A stretch of 64,000 nt of DNA from contig MNCI01002391.1 in assembly GCA_015680685.1 (NCBI GenBank), positions 133,537 to 197,536 of the forward strand. Reading direction: 5' to 3'. This document shows positions 1 through 13,905 of the stretch, in pieces. Below the pieces are notes generated by a model. It was not told the DNA's origin and ran no database searches. It saw nothing but the letters and a program-made list of their open reading frames with translations. The translations under genes and the position numbers were made by a program. This DNA comes from Gnetum montanum. Its lineage: Eukaryota; Plantae; Gnetophyta. The number at the start of each line of letters is the position of its first letter. The first letter of the stretch is position 1.

Positions 1-5
1 GAATA

Positions 6-900
6 ATGGAGGGGACATCTTACACAAAGCCACCCATTTTTGATGGATTTGACATCAACTATTGAAAAGCCAAAATGCAAGGATTCTTCAAATCCATAGA
101 GTTTGAAGTATGTGAGTTAATTCTAGAAGGCTATGCTCCACTCGTCGATGGCACCACTGACATCATCAAGCCTTGCAACAAATGGTATCAAGAAGAAAAG
201 GATAAGTTCATGTTTGGTTTAAAAGGAAAAAATTATTTATATTGTGCATTGAATGAATTTGAATTCAATAGGGTAGTAGGTTGTAAAATAGCTAAAGAAA
301 ATTTGGCAAACTTGATGCTAAGCAATCAAAATTGTTAGTTTTATAAAGTGAATATGATAAACTCAAAATGAGAGAAGGTGGAAAAATCAAAGATTATTTT
401 TCTATAGCTAACAATCTTGTTGTAGCTATAAGAGGAACAATAAAGGATTTTCTTGAAAGTGATGTAATTATCAAAATGATCAAAACTCTAAAACTAGATT
501 TTAGACCAAAGGTCATAGCCATGAAGGAAATCAGAGATTTCTCAACTCTAAAATTTGAGGAACTTCAAAGTGTTCTCATCACCTAAGAAATAAATCTCAT
601 AAGTGAAGGAGCTATTCAAGAAAGATCCATTGCCTTGAAGACTATCTCAAAGGAGAAGGATGTCAATAAGCATGATGAGGACAATGAAGATGAGATTGGT
701 CTTCTCTCAAGAAAACTATAATGATTTCTTACAAGAATAATCAAAAGTGGCATCTCAAAAATAGCAAATACCTAATTTCTTCAATGGTAGGGAAAGGTAG
801 AAATTTTTTAAATTCTTCTAACTTATATTTTTCTTCTATAAAATGTTGGGTTTATGGATGAAGAGGCCATATGACCTTTGAATATCCTATTGATCCAAAT
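6..900 (+). pseudogene. gag: Ty1/copia gag (DUF4219 + Retrotran_gag_2/UBN2 + decayed zinc knuckle)
   Basis: Translates PPIFDGFDINY*KAKMQGFFKSI...LYCALNEFEFNRVVGCKIAKE, then KMIKTLKLDFRPKVIAMKEIRDFSTLKFEELQSVLIT*E and IKCWVYG*RGHMTFEYP. Stops and frameshifts present. Confidence 0.85.
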
Positions 901-3483
901 GATAGCAAAGTTCAACAAAGAACAGATCCAATAATGAGGAGCTAAAAAAGACCAACTTCTATACAAGTTGGGATGATGATGAGAAAAGTGAAAAAGAAGC
1001 ATGCAATTCTTCCAAATATTTCCATCTCATTTGCATGGTGTTTATCGATAAACCTTTCTCACATATGGTTGAACAACATGGTATGTGTGACAAGAGGTAT
1101 AGTGAATTTAAAGAAGAAATTTCTCTCTTACATCATGTGATTACAATGAAAAGAAAATAGTACTTTCTAAGCCAAATGCTATTAATGATGAAGTAAAAGA
1201 AGAAACATTAGACATAAAAGTTGAGATTTAACAACAAAAATCTTGTAACAAGGATTGTAGCAAGGTTCAAGAAGAGGAGATTCTTGAATATCAATTGATG
1301 AATTCAAAGGAAGCAAAACTTGAAGTTTTAAATGCAAGGCCAAGCATAGTAAGATTTGATAGTTTTGATCATAAGAATGATACTACTATTATATGTAAAA
1401 ATTATGGTTTTATGCAAACTCTTAAGTATGATGATCAAAATAAGATTAATGCTTGGTCTTGTCAAAAAGGCTTTGGTAAAAAAATTGAGTAGGTATCAAT
1501 AAGAGAGAATGAAGGAAAGTGGAGTCTTGAAAATAATGAAAAAATAATCAGGAGTTCTATCACAAGAAACATGAACAAGTAGAAAAATCACATACATGAT
1601 CTAATGAAAGAGAATCTAAGGATGAGGAAGTACTTCATGATAGGAAACCTCATCTCAAACTCCATTAATCTTCTCTTCTCATCAACAAGCAAGGTAAGTA
1701 AAGGTAAGTCTCTATCTCTTTGCCTACTAGTTATTAAGGTTAGTATATGAGAAGTCCTACATTATCTATGTCTTAGATAAAAAATGGTGGAATAAGTATC
1801 TAAAGCATTTCTTATGTTCATAATATTGAAACAATTGGTTTTGTGAAGATTTATAATAGCCTTGGATCTTTATCTTATAACTCTTCTAGTTTGATTTCTT
1901 GTATTGCATTTAGTCTTGCTTAATATGAAATTTTTGTGATGAATAGTTTCTATGCTCATAGTCTTTGGAATGATTTTCCATTTATAAGATAAGAAAAACC
2001 TCTAAAACTTCAATCAATATTGCTAGTTGAATATCTAGATCTTCACAATTGGGCTTAATGCTGATCTATAGTTATAATGTTGTTCTATGACTTGCCTTTT
2101 GGTCTTAAGGGCCTAGAAGAACTACACATGTCTAGTGAAAGCCTATTCCTCATTATCAATCATCATCTTGGAGATCACAAATGTAGGGGGAGTCTTCAAA
2201 GACCTCAAACTTTGAAATAAAAAATTACTCCACAATGAGAAAATATTCATGACATGAAAAATGTTCAAGGAAAAAGTATGATTAACTCTTGATTAAGATG
2301 TCTTACAAGTAATTTCACCTGACCACTATCTAAAATCTTGCTAAAGCCTATGTAGCCTTCTTGGACATTGATGTTTACTAAGAGTGGAGCTCAAGTGGAA
2401 TCATGACATACTGGTTTAAAGGATAATTTTCTTCCAAATTTGACTTTAACATAAGGAAGATCCTATACTAATTTTTAGTCCTTTGAAAATTTCTTGAGAT
2501 ACTTGATGAAACACATGCTTCTACATGCTCTATCTTTGGTATTTTGTGCTAAAGTTTATTAATAGACTATTTTTACTTAATAATATGTATAGTAGTAGAG
2601 AACTTCAAGAAGTATATGAACGTAGACTTATCCACATGTTTTATTTTTGATCAATGGTTGTGGATGTTGCATTACCTTGAACAGACAATAGAATATGCAT
2701 GTCTCACTCATAGCTTTCTTATTCTCATGAAAATTTCCAAATTTTTGGTTATGTATAACAATGCATGTTTTAATGAGACAACTAAATAATATACTTATTT
2801 CTACTTGTTCTACCTTTGACCTTTAAAATTAAATATTGATGTTTCTTATTAAATTAATTGTAGCTCCTTCTTTTTTACCTCAAAAGAGCAGTTCTCAATT
2901 TTCACAATCACATAGTAAGCAGAGGATGCAGTACATTCCTTACTACATTTTGAGCAATAACATGATTACTCTATGGGAACCTATCCATGTTTGTTCTTCC
3001 TAACTAATGAATCTAACATCAATGGTTTTCCATTGCAAAGTTGTATGGCTATATTTACCTCACCATAAAGATATGCCCATTTGCTAATGTTTTACAAAGA
3101 TGGAGAATATCTAAACATTCCAAGCATCATGCACTACTAATGACTCATTGTTTTAGAGATAGGTTGGTTAATTTTTGAATCCTTTTCTTCACTTCAAGGT
3201 TGAATTTTACTTGGAAGATTTGGTTCTACTCTTGCCAAATTTGGAGCACCTCTTCATGGACCTAATAAATACATACCTACGTTGTCTTTTTAGGATTATG
3301 AGGGATACTTGGCTCTACATATTATCTTGATATTATTGTTCTTTTATATCTTTTCTAATCAAGTTTGAGCACTTTATCCTTTTTTCTTTTTGCTATTCAA
3401 AAAATGGGAGAGTAGTATTATTATATTCATATGATCACTAATCCATTTTTTTCAGTTTTGAACAACACCAAAAATGAGGAGAT

Positions 3484-4589
3484 TGTGGAACCTTTAGTAT
3501 GTTTTGATCTATGTCAAAACATTAAGTAAAATGAATTTGAAGGTTGTTTGCATGATTTTATGGTTATTATATTTGTAGAACTACATACACTAGAAACCAA
3601 GATGAGATAAAGAGAATAAGGAATGAATTGTTTAGAGCTCAAAGGAGGAGGTCAACCCACATGATCTTCAAATAAATATTCAAAGAATGTGAACAAGGAC
3701 TAGATACTATACAAGCAAAGTTATGATCATCAAAGAATGCGAAAGATCAAGGCTATGGACAAGGAACAATGAATTCAAAAGATAAAGAAAGTGGAAGAAA
3801 CATGTCTCTAGGAAATAGCAAATGTCTTAGCAGAATTGGAGTAATCTTAGGCAAAGATGTCTTCAAGAGATAGCAAATGTCTTTCTCCAAGCAAAGACAT
3901 TTTCATCATAGAAAGACATATTTACCAAATGAAGGTCAATACTAGAAAGACATCTTCTAAAATGGAGACTTCAAAAAGATGTCTTTCACAAAATAAAGAT
4001 GTTTTCCCAAAATTAAAGGCAAATTTAGAGAGACATCTTAGGCACAAAGAAGGCATCTCCCATGATGTTAATGACCATTGTCTAGCCATGGCATGAGTTC
4101 TGAGATGGATTTAGAAACATGGAAACTATAAGAAGACTTAATGTGCATTGGGAAAAGTGCAAGCCTTATTGTATTCATTGTATAATCATTTGTAATCTTC
4201 ATTGTCTTATCATTTTAGCATTGTAAAGTGTGTTGTACCTAACTATACAAGGATCAACAAACTGAGTTTCTATTATCCCTTGTAATTCTTGTTCTTATTG
4301 CCCTGCAAGGTTGATGTACTTAAGCTTGTCAGGATCTTATGGGATTGAATTGTTGGTGTTGTAGCACAACACTATGGTGCAAAGCTCAAGATTGTAAAGG
4401 TTGTGGAAGCCTTGAAACCACATTTTCAAGCTTGATAGGACCTTGTGGGATTGAGTGATTGCTACTGTGATACAACACCTTGGAGAAAGGCTTGAAGACT
4501 ATACAAGGTGTGGACCCTTCACCCACATTTTGAGAGCAACAAAGTCTAGAGGTGTGCTTGTGATCTACCCTCTGACTGTGCACTACACA
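3484..4589 (+). repeat. 3' LTR of the copia element
   Basis: TG start directly after the PPT; repeated AAGATGTCTT/AGACATCTT motifs at 3800-4060; TATA-like CTATAAGA ~4126; ends ...CCCTCTGACTGTGCACTACACA. Right end approximate. Confidence 0.6.
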
Positions 4590-4744
4590 AGTTGGGAAAC
4601 CACATTAAATTTTCTTTGAAACTCATATTTCCAAAACTTTGAAAAAAGATGTCTTAGGCTTAGGCTTATGATAAAAAAGCTCATATCTCCAACTGTGGAC
4701 ATCTTAGGCTTATGATAAAACTCGTATTTCCAAAACTTTGAAAA

Positions 4745-5020
4745 AATATAGAATAAAAAAATATTTCTATTTAAATAGTATCAAAGGAAGCCTTAATTCA
4801 AAGGTAAACTATTTATTTTACTATGAATTTTCATCATTTACTATGCATAATTAGTAAAGCATGACTAAGGTCTCATCTTATGAGAGTTGAAATAGATAAA
4901 TAGCTTAGATTTCCTTGTGAAGAATGAATATGTGATTTGTACAATACAAATAGAATTGAAGATGAATACCATATTTTTCTATGATGTCTTTCTTTAGAGC
5001 ACATTAGACATAGATGAGAT
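4745..5020 (+). mobile_element. 3' fragment of RTEX-like LINE (C-terminal zinc-finger region)
   Basis: SHLMRVEIDK*LRFPCEE*ICDLYNTNRIEDEYHIFL*C; homologous to 51540-51780. Confidence 0.75.
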
Positions 5021-5179
5021 ATTAAAAAACTAAAACTAAAATTTTATTACATTTGTAGACCCTATGAATCTATTGGATAGTAGATGTATATGTGCTATGA
5101 CTTTTAAAAATGTCATTAAGAAAATTACTAAGTGTTCTTGGTAATATTTCAAACAAATAAACCAAATTTGAAACTATAA

Positions 5180-5458
5180 TATCTCATCAATATCTAATGT
5201 GCTTCAATGTAGGACATTGTAGGAAAATGTGGTATTCATCTTCAATGCTATTTGTCTTGCATAGTCTACATATTTGTTCTTCACAAGGAATTTTTAATCA
5301 TACACCCATTTTAACTCTCAAATAATAATATTTCATTCATGTTATGCTAATTGTGCATCATAATTGATGAGGAATAGTAATAGATGAATATTTTTCCTTT
5401 CAATTAAGACTTTCCCTAATACTATTCAAATAAAGATGTTTTTTTCCCACTACATTTG
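5180..5458 (-). mobile_element. 3' fragment of RTEX-like LINE, inverted relative to 4745-5020
   Basis: Reverse complement encodes KIPCEEQICRLCKTNSIEDEYHIFLQC; roughly 70% identical by eye to 4745-5020. Confidence 0.75.
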
Positions 5459-5460
5459 TC

Positions 5461-7490
5461 AGTAGCATGTATGAATCACTAGTGTGTATGTGTGTCTTGA
5501 TTGAATTTTATGAACTTATTTAACTAAGTAGCTAATATTCCTAGATGGTAAATTACATAGTCATGAGTTGTCTTCCTAATCTACACTTATGTTAATATAT
5601 GCATATGGTTAAGAATGGTTGATGCATAAGATATTTATTTTTATCCTTTCTATTATTTTTCTACTTGCTGAATGAGTAAGTGAATAAAGATTTAATATTT
5701 AAATCAACTAACTAATTAACTACTTCAGTAACTAACTAGATAAACATAAATTATCTATTCCAACTTTTCATATACATCTTGAATATATATTAACACCACT
5801 AGGTTACCAACTGTATACTACTAGGTGTACCAAGTATTCACTACTATGATTACCAAGTAATAGAATATTATGCTTGAAGTGGTCGTACTCACATTGTTTA
5901 TTAATAATAATATTAATTTCTTAATAAAAAGAAAGTAAATTGCATCTAAAATACATTAATGAAATGTTATGCTAATCCAAGTGTTGCAATGGATAGAATA
6001 AATCTTGATTTTATTTTCATTCATGCACATGTATTCGAGTACATATGCACTTGAATAAAATGCCATATAATCACTTGAATCCATGTTGTAGGTACTCAGA
6101 GAGAAAATATTCTTTCTATGGAAAGAAACTATAAACTTTTAGCTAAGGAGACAACTAGAAGGTGCCATAAATATGAGGGGTATGTCCATTTATATAGGTA
6201 ATTCGTACATCAATGTCGATGTATCTTGTGACATCCGAAAATATTGGTGGCTAGAACACCAAGAGGTCTGTGGGCATACAGCCTAACCCCGAAGGTCTGT
6301 TATGCTCAAAGTGTTACACTCTATAGGATAGGAATAGGAACCCAGAGATCACCAAACTATGACCACACAACCCGAACTACCTATGTCGATGTCTAAGAGA
6401 CCACCATGTACCTATGAACAATGTCAAAACAATGCAACTTGGAGACTATGCTCCAGGACTATGTCTTCCCCCATCTTCCAAGTAGGTTCAAGCATAGGGA
6501 CAATTTCAAGGATCATTGGGCATGCAACAAAAATGAAAATTGTTGATCTTGGCCGCTAGAGTGACATCAGAGTTGAAATGAACGTCAATGTCAAGTTCTA
6601 AAGGCTTTTGGAGGCATTTTCCATGTGTCAAGCTAGCTACGCTGCATAGCGTAATAGAGAGTAGTAAGAGTACTTAGTAAAAATTTGCATATTTTGACTT
6701 CTCACACTCGTCACACTATCTATGCTGCATAGTGTAGCATAAATACTTTGGAAAATTTTGACAAAATTTACAATGTTTCTTCATGGCATGCTAACCACAC
6801 TCTGGGGTGTAGTAGGACCAACAACCTTAGAAGTTAGAAAATTACCAAATGCATCTTCCATGTCAAGATAGCTTTATAGATCCTTGTCCAACACTTAGGC
6901 ACAATTTGGCCTTGAAACCTATGTCAAGTTTGCTATGCTATGCAGCATAGCAGAGCATGAGAAGCCATGAGATAGAAAATTTTCCAAATAGTTTTCTCCA
7001 TCTTGAGCACTTTTAACATACTCTAGCTTGGTACTTGGGTGAACTAGCAACTGGGACATGTGTCAAGTTGGGCAAGCTAGAGAGCGTAGTGAGCTTGACA
7101 GTTTGGAAGATAGAAAATTTGCTAAACTATTTGGTCCATCCCAAGTGACCCTTGACCACTTCTAGCTTAACATTTGTGTAGACTGGCCATGGAAGTGTCT
7201 ACTATGCTAGTCATGCTAGGGAGCATAGCAAGTAGACCTAGAAAAATTTCGCAAAAAATAGGACTTGAGGTGTGCTCCGCTATCTATGTTGCAGAGCATG
7301 ACACCAAACTTAGAAAAAGTTTGCCTAGGTTTTGATGCATGGAGAAATCTACTGTTGAACTACAAGAGCTCAAAATTGGTGGTTTTTCATATCTATGTCA
7401 ATGCAACCTAAGATATTTCAATGGGAATGCATCAAGGAGGATACATCAATGTTCATGTGTCAATGCAACTCTCTTATTTGATACTTCACA
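5461..7490 (-). repeat. ~2 kb 3' LTR of a minus-strand Ty3/gypsy element (TGATGA..TCATCA-related family)
   Basis: 5461-6240 and 7385-7490 align with 34550-35390. The minus strand starts TGTGAAG at 7490, preceded by PPT-like ATGAGGGCA (7492-7500). The far terminus is truncated at ~5461. Confidence 0.75.
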
Positions 7491-7713
7491 ATGCCCTCAT
7501 GACTAACTAAAAACTCATCCTTAAGTGAATAAAAATGGGATCAAGTTTCTTATAAATTTAGAGAAGCATGGAAATTTATTTCTTAACAAACTAACTAACT
7601 TTGAGTATCATATTGTATGAATTACAAAAATTGGTGTATTATACAACAAAAAATTTGGACACTTGAACAAAAATAAAAATGAGCCTATTAAATGGATGAA
7701 AGCATGATGAAGT

Positions 7714-9965
7714 CTCACATATTACCTAGAGTTGGAGGCTCTTGTGGCTTTGATGATCCTTCATCATGTCCCGATGTTACTAGAGGTTGAGGCTACCTTA
7801 ATACTATTACTACTAATACTAAAATTTCAAAGGCATCTAGATGTGCTCTCATTTTCTCCTCTTTGCTTCATGGATCGTAGATAGTCTAGCTCACTTTTAC
7901 TAGATTAGCCAATGTAGGGATATTCCACAAGCATGGCAATGAATGAAACATTTCCTTCATGTTTATGAATTAGGATGTGAATTTTTTATGTTCAATATCA
8001 AATATTTTGACTAGATTTTACAACTCCTAGTAGTCATTCATCCTCCTCATTAGGTTCTCAACAATAGTTCATTGATATGTGAATTTACTTCTAGGAAATT
8101 TAAGCTCTACATTGATTATTTTCGACTTATGTTTTGTATCTTTGTAAGGCTTGAGCTCTATCTCATAAAGGAGGTAGAAGTTAGTAACCTACTTCTCTAA
8201 TTCACTTCTTGGCCTCCCTACTGTTACTATTTCATAGTTTTCATAACAAATGTTGGCAAGCTCCATATACTTTGTAATCTCTTATATCTATAGCTCATTT
8301 AAGTAAATTTATGGTTAATTATATGCATTCATTCCATTAAAGGTGAGTTTCCACACATTGCCTCTTTGCTAGAGGTGTTGAATATTCTCATTCACCTTCA
8401 TCTTGGCCAATTTAAACTCCTTTTCATTAATCTCCTTGATTAGTCCAACCTAGTTCCTATAGTAATTCTTTACTTTTAAAATTTTAGAGCCTCATTTTTC
8501 CAAGAGGAAATCTTAATTATAGTCCTATGACAAAGGGAACACACCTACTCCCTTGAAAGATTCATGTTTTCAACTACCAACCTCTTCAAATATATGTTAC
8601 CTTGACAAGTTACTTCTATTTCTTGTGAATGTATTTAACTATTAGGTCCTTTTGTTGCTAAACATTTTGTATGTGATAGTTATCTTTGGTGAGGACCATG
8701 TTTTTCCTGCAAACTTGTGATAGGTCCTTGTTAGTGTTATTTTCCATGGCTTCTTACATAGATACATTGAAGATCATTATCTCCTTGGCATTCTTAGCCT
8801 CCTGATATTTCTATTAAAGATGTTGAAAAGCATCATCTCATGCTAGCTTAGGCTAGAGAATAGTAGGATTAGAATGACAAGCTTATAATTCTACAACTTC
8901 AATAGCTAACTATTGATTGGTCATAGTGGCCTCTTCATGTTATGCATTGGCTACTAGCAAGTTTCTCCTTATCTCTAATAGTTGTGGCTATTTAGTTGTG
9001 ATCTCCTCCTAGAGATCAAGGATCTCCATAAGTAGTTTTCTGACTCCCACTAGTTGTTCCAACACTTCTACATATTTTGCAGCACTCATCTAGCCACTCC
9101 CTACTCCTACTAATGCATGGATATCTATCATGATAGTAATATTTGGTACTCATGTAGTAGGAGCATTGAGGGCTTCTACAACTTTGTCAACCACCATCTC
9201 TACCACTATCTCTTGCATGATATTTCTAGGATTTTTTCCCCTTCTCCTTCCTCCAACATGATAGAGAAGAATACTACATCTCTTGAAATTTCAAGAAATT
9301 CTTATCTAGAAATGGACATAGTGATCTCTGTAGTACTTGAATTGGATCTAACAAGTGTCTATTTTTGTTGTGTAAAAAATACTGGCATTGTCTTACTGTT
9401 CAATCAACTGATGATCTTTACAACCTCATTTAAGTGTCTCATTCTTAGGTAGTAGATAGACAATTCCCCACCACCTGCAAATCCTTGCTATTACTACAAC
9501 TATTGCTCTCAAAGTTTACTAAGGCGTTGAGAAGTTGCATACATCTCCTGTGTTATTTCTAGAATTGTAGATTATGATGGTGGTGACTGCTCCTATTTAT
9601 AAAGTTTTGCAATAGTCTTATCCTTCATCATCTCATACCATGATGTGGCAGAAGTTCTATGGACCACATCATTGGAATAGCAAGCTATTCCTTCCCTTTT
9701 TCATAATATTCTGATTAAGAATGGAAAGGAAAGTATCTTTCTACCCTTCACATTTTTCTTAAAACACTTCTCAATTTTAAGGAATATGAACTAGGATAGC
9801 TTAATAGGAACTTTTCCACTTAGAGCCATACATGCCCTAGTAAAGAATATTGTCATCTTACTTAGCCTCACTATTGGGTTTAGATGGAAGGCCTTAATCT
9901 TAAGGTAAGCTCTCTTTGCCATTTTCAAGGCACTATACTCCTTACATTCCACTCCATAGCACTAC
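7714..9965 (-). pseudogene. Degenerate gypsy accessory ORF (putative plant transposon protein-like + coiled coil), truncated by the viral insertion
   Basis: Minus frame LKIKAFHLNPIVRLSKMTIFFTRACMALSGKVPIKLS*FIFLKIEKCFKKN aligns with FKIKTYHLSPTTRLNMIFTYVARESTIMIGKFSINIAHFLFLEMQKRFKEN at ~17830-18000. It ends DEGSSKPQEPPTLGNM* ~230 bp before the PPT. Confidence 0.6.
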
Positions 9966-10626
9966 TTGATACATTCACAAATGATGTTGTAGCAACCCCA
10001 ACTCTGCCAAATACTGAGCTTCTTGAATTTGCTAAAGGATTGGCCAAGATAGCTTCATGCACTGCTGATGAAAGAATTGCAATTACTAGTCAATATTATC
10101 ACACAATGGGTTTATTATATACTTATAGCCCTTAGATAGATAATTTGGACATAGCTAATGATCTAGTTCCTTTTGAGGAATATGTGATAATTCAACAAAG
10201 GCAATGACTTGAGTCTGCACCTGCGAGAATAGAAGGAAAGCTTGGTAGATAAGAAGAATTAATCAGATCAATCTGAGAAGCACAAAGAATAACTAAAGAA
10301 TATAGAGATTATATTCTGAGTTCCATGGAATATGAAAGTCCCAGCCCTTATACTAATGAAGATGAAGAAATCATCCAAAGATAGGATGCTAGCAAAATAA
10401 TGTTGAATCTGATTCGATCTATGATGAAGATCTTGCAGAGAGACAAACTAGAGAAGAATTAGCTCAATGGTGTCTATGGGAAGGAAATACTAATGAAGTT
10501 CATGATGAACTAGATGATATTGATTAGGAGACTCATCATGATTTTATGATGAGGAGCTCAACCTAAAAGGTTAAAGACATTAAGTTGACTGAAGCCTAGA
10601 AAGCTGTAATTCCATTCCATGAGGCT

Positions 10627-11190
10627 ATGCTGAGCAGAAGATCTTTTGTGAAGCAAGATGAAAAGCTAGAATTTCTTGAACTCCAAAAGGAGGCCATCTA
10701 CAATTTTACCAACCTATTTTTGGCAAGACTAACCACCTCAGTAAAGCAAGAAAAAGCTTTATTAGATATCAAATGCACTAGAATAAGACCAGTATTCCTT
10801 GCATTCTTCATAGAAGAAGAAGTCATGAAGTAAAAAGAACAAGGCCATCAGTACATACAATTAGGACATATTGACATCTTGGTAAGCCCCAAGTTCAACT
10901 ATGATTTGAATTTTGAATTTTTGGTTACTTTGCTGGACAGTAGAAGTATTGGAAATGGTTTAAGAGATGATCTAGACATAGCTTGGGAAATGTCAAAAAT
11001 TTTCCAATTTAAAGAGATTCTGAACACTAATGCAAGATGTTTAGTACGACCAAACTTCCAGCTATCTCTAAATGATGAACACATCACTTCAACCTTGCTA
11101 CTTTGTGTGGAGATTTATGGGATTAAACTCCTACCCAGATCATTTTATGCCACCATCAAGGCAACAGGTACATTTCAACTCTCCAACACT
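10627..11190 (+). pseudogene. Viral 30K-superfamily movement protein domain
   Basis: GHQYIQLGHIDILVSPKF...FLVTLLDSR...VRPNFQLSLNDEHITSTLLLCVEIYGIKLLPRSFYATIKATGTFQLSNT matches the caulimovirid MP pattern (YIHLG..V.P......LLD.R...PNF..SL.D). One internal TAA. Confidence 0.88.
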
Positions 11191-12029
11191 ATTTTTATGA
11201 ATCAGAAGGTTAAATGGGGTGTTAAGTTTCTTATTGGTAGTAAGAATTTATTAGAATGTGGAAGATCAATAGAGGCTGAAGATTATGTTTTAGGATTTCC
11301 TAGAATACAAAAATATTTAAAATATTGGGATTTTGTAGAAAGTGCAAAACCAAAAAAAAGATGGAGTAAATATTCTATACTGCAATTTGCTAGAAGCATT
11401 GTTAAAGAGTTAGCTTCATTACCACCAGTATTACCTATTGTTAAATATGATGAGGGAAGTAGCAGTAGTGGTAGTAATAATATAGATTGCAAAGGATCAC
11501 TATTTATTCTACAAGCTATAAAAGAAGTAAAGGGAAAAAGATTATATTTAGGAAGAAAATGGCCCCCTAAAGGATCCTATCATACTACAGTATCTAAAGA
11601 TGCAATTCTCGAAACTTGAGTAGATTATAGTTATTTGTTAGGACATGCCATAGAGGATACACACAATCCAAAGGAGGAAATCAAACAACTTAATTATCTA
11701 CTTCACTGGACTAGCTATTGTAGTCATAACATAACTCAAATGGAAAGAAAGTTGAATGAAGTTTGGGATCAGATGAATTCTTATGATAAATTAATAAAAG
11801 AAAAGAGAAAGCAACAAGAGGTGAAAAAGAAGTAGTTTCTATAGGAATTTTTGGCTTTAGAAACTCAATTAAAAGAAATGAAGAACAAAGAAGAAATAGA
11901 AAAAAAATCATTAAACCTAGAATTGAAAGAAAAATTGGAGAGGTTAATACAAGAAAAGAAAATGAAAAGGCCAGCTACTAATGAAAGTAGTGATGATCAA
12001 AAGTATGAGAAATCTATAGGCTGCCAAGG

Positions 12030-12910
12030 AATAGTCATGATGCCATATCCTACAAAGTTACAAAAAATTCCTCTAGGATTCTTAGCATATTAAGAGTTAA
12101 GTCCAACTACAGTCCCGCTAATTAATATTGATTATGTACCACCTTGTGACATTTTGCACACAATTAAGAATTGGATGGAGCATCTTATGATTACTGCAAG
12201 TGCTACTAATGTTGAGGAAGAATTAGGCATTAGAACGAGAATGAAAAGAACTGCTGAAAAAATCAGGTATTGGTGGGATAATTCAATTGAAGAAGCTTAG
12301 AATGAAGTAGTGAATAATGGTTATGAAAGGCTATATACAACATTGATCACTGAATTTTCAATAGCAACAAATGATAGTTTGATCATGTATGATAAAATGT
12401 TACTCAACCAAAGAAGACTACATAGACTTGAAGATTTTGAGCAATATAGTGCAATATAGTGTAGATTAGTGCTACATTGAGATCCACTCACCAATCACAT
12501 ATATTTTGGTTCATTGCCCAACAAAATAGGAGAGTTGGTCCTGCATATAGTCATGACAAAAAATATTAATATTTCTTTTCAATATTTTACTGACGTTATC
12601 CATATGGTTAGATAGAAAGTGCAAAAATCCTACTATGATATCAGTCTACACAAGATCCTTCCAAGTGCTACTATTTGCAATAATATAGATGGAGTAGAAG
12701 TATTTAAAAAGGCAAGAGCACCTAAATCTATAACCAAAAGATTAAAGCCTAAGTATGTGCAAAAAGGTGTAGAAAATGTCTAGCAAGTAAACGCAGAAGA
12801 TTTTGAAGACATAAGTTTATAGAAGAAGGTGCATTATGGCCAACAAGAAATCAGTATGCTATTATAATTGCAAAGAAAAAGGACATTACACATATGAATG
12901 TTCCAAAAAG
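12030..12910 (+). pseudogene. Viral capsid protein domain with basic region and zinc knuckle
   Basis: LINID...IKNW...IRYWWD...LITEF...YFGSLPNKIGE, then an Arg/Lys-rich stretch and CYYNCKEKGHYTYEC (12857-12901), followed by an acidic tract. Confidence 0.8.
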
Positions 12911-13569
12911 TCAAATAAAACACTTGCTAAAGTCAAAGCTTTTTATGAAGAGTATGGTCAAGAATGGGAACCAATTGAGACTAAGGAAGAATTTAACTAA
13001 TAATTAGAACAAGGAGAAAAGGTTTATAGAATTCAATATGTAGAAGAAGAATTTGAATAAGAATTCAAAAACTCAAAAGAATTAGAAACTCTAGCAGCAA
13101 TAAAAATTGTGACATCATCCATCAATGATTGGGAAATCGAAGATTGGGATTCAGAAGAAATAGATAGACTCTTGGATGAAGAAGGTAATAAAGAAGAAGA
13201 AGACTCAATCAAAACATCACCAAGTGTTTTAGAAGATGAAATTTACTCTACAATGTCAACTGCATAAAGTAGTTTCAATCCATTCTCCAAGATAAGTATC
13301 TCACTAGGAGAACCAAGTGGAATAGTAGTAGATGATGAAGAAACTGAAGGTTCAGAAATATGTAAACAACATTTTCCAATTCTATCAGAAGAAGATTTAG
13401 AAGATAGTAAAGATAAAAGGGAAGAAGTACAATCTAACATACCAGCCAAATTTTTTATTACACCATATGGTAGTAAGAAAATGAAGTTGTTCAAGCCATT
13501 ATTAGATTTGAATAAGCCTACAAAAGCTCTAAAGCATGATTTTCTGAAGACTATCTATCATCAGATAAA

Positions 13570-13905
13570 GAATACAATATCCACGGTATGTGTAATCTTA
13601 ATTCCCATAAGAATTGCAGTAGATGAAAAGGTTAAATGGTGCAAGTTCACTGCTTTTATAAATATTGGTGCAACTTTGAATTTTGCACATCAAAATGTTA
13701 TAGAAAATTGGATAGATTTTGCTAGACCATTGAAAATTGAAACCATGAATGGAGTAAGACATTTAGCCAAGTTTCCATTGGATGTTCCTCTCAAATTAGA
13801 TGACAATCTCATAGGAGAAACTAATTCTTTTTAGATAAGTGATAGTTGTTATGATGTAGGCTTAGGAGCTAATTTTCTTGATTTTGTGAAACCATCCATA
13901 ATTGA
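13570..13905 (+). pseudogene. Viral aspartic protease domain (active site mutated)
   Basis: AFINIGAT at 13652-13675 (one G>A and one C>T from AFIDTGAT) and DVGLGANFL. Confidence 0.8.

Larger units (their letters stand above)
1..4589 (+). mobile_element. Degenerate Ty1/copia LTR retrotransposon (Sirevirus/Maximus-like), 5' end outside window, pol largely deleted
   Basis: Gag remnant at 6-~900, coiled-coil-like gag extension to ~1650, faint RNase H-like remnant at ~2230-2370, purine tracts AAAAAATGGGAGAG (~3399) and AAAAATGAGGAGAT (~3470), then an LTR starting TGT at 3484. Confidence 0.8.
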
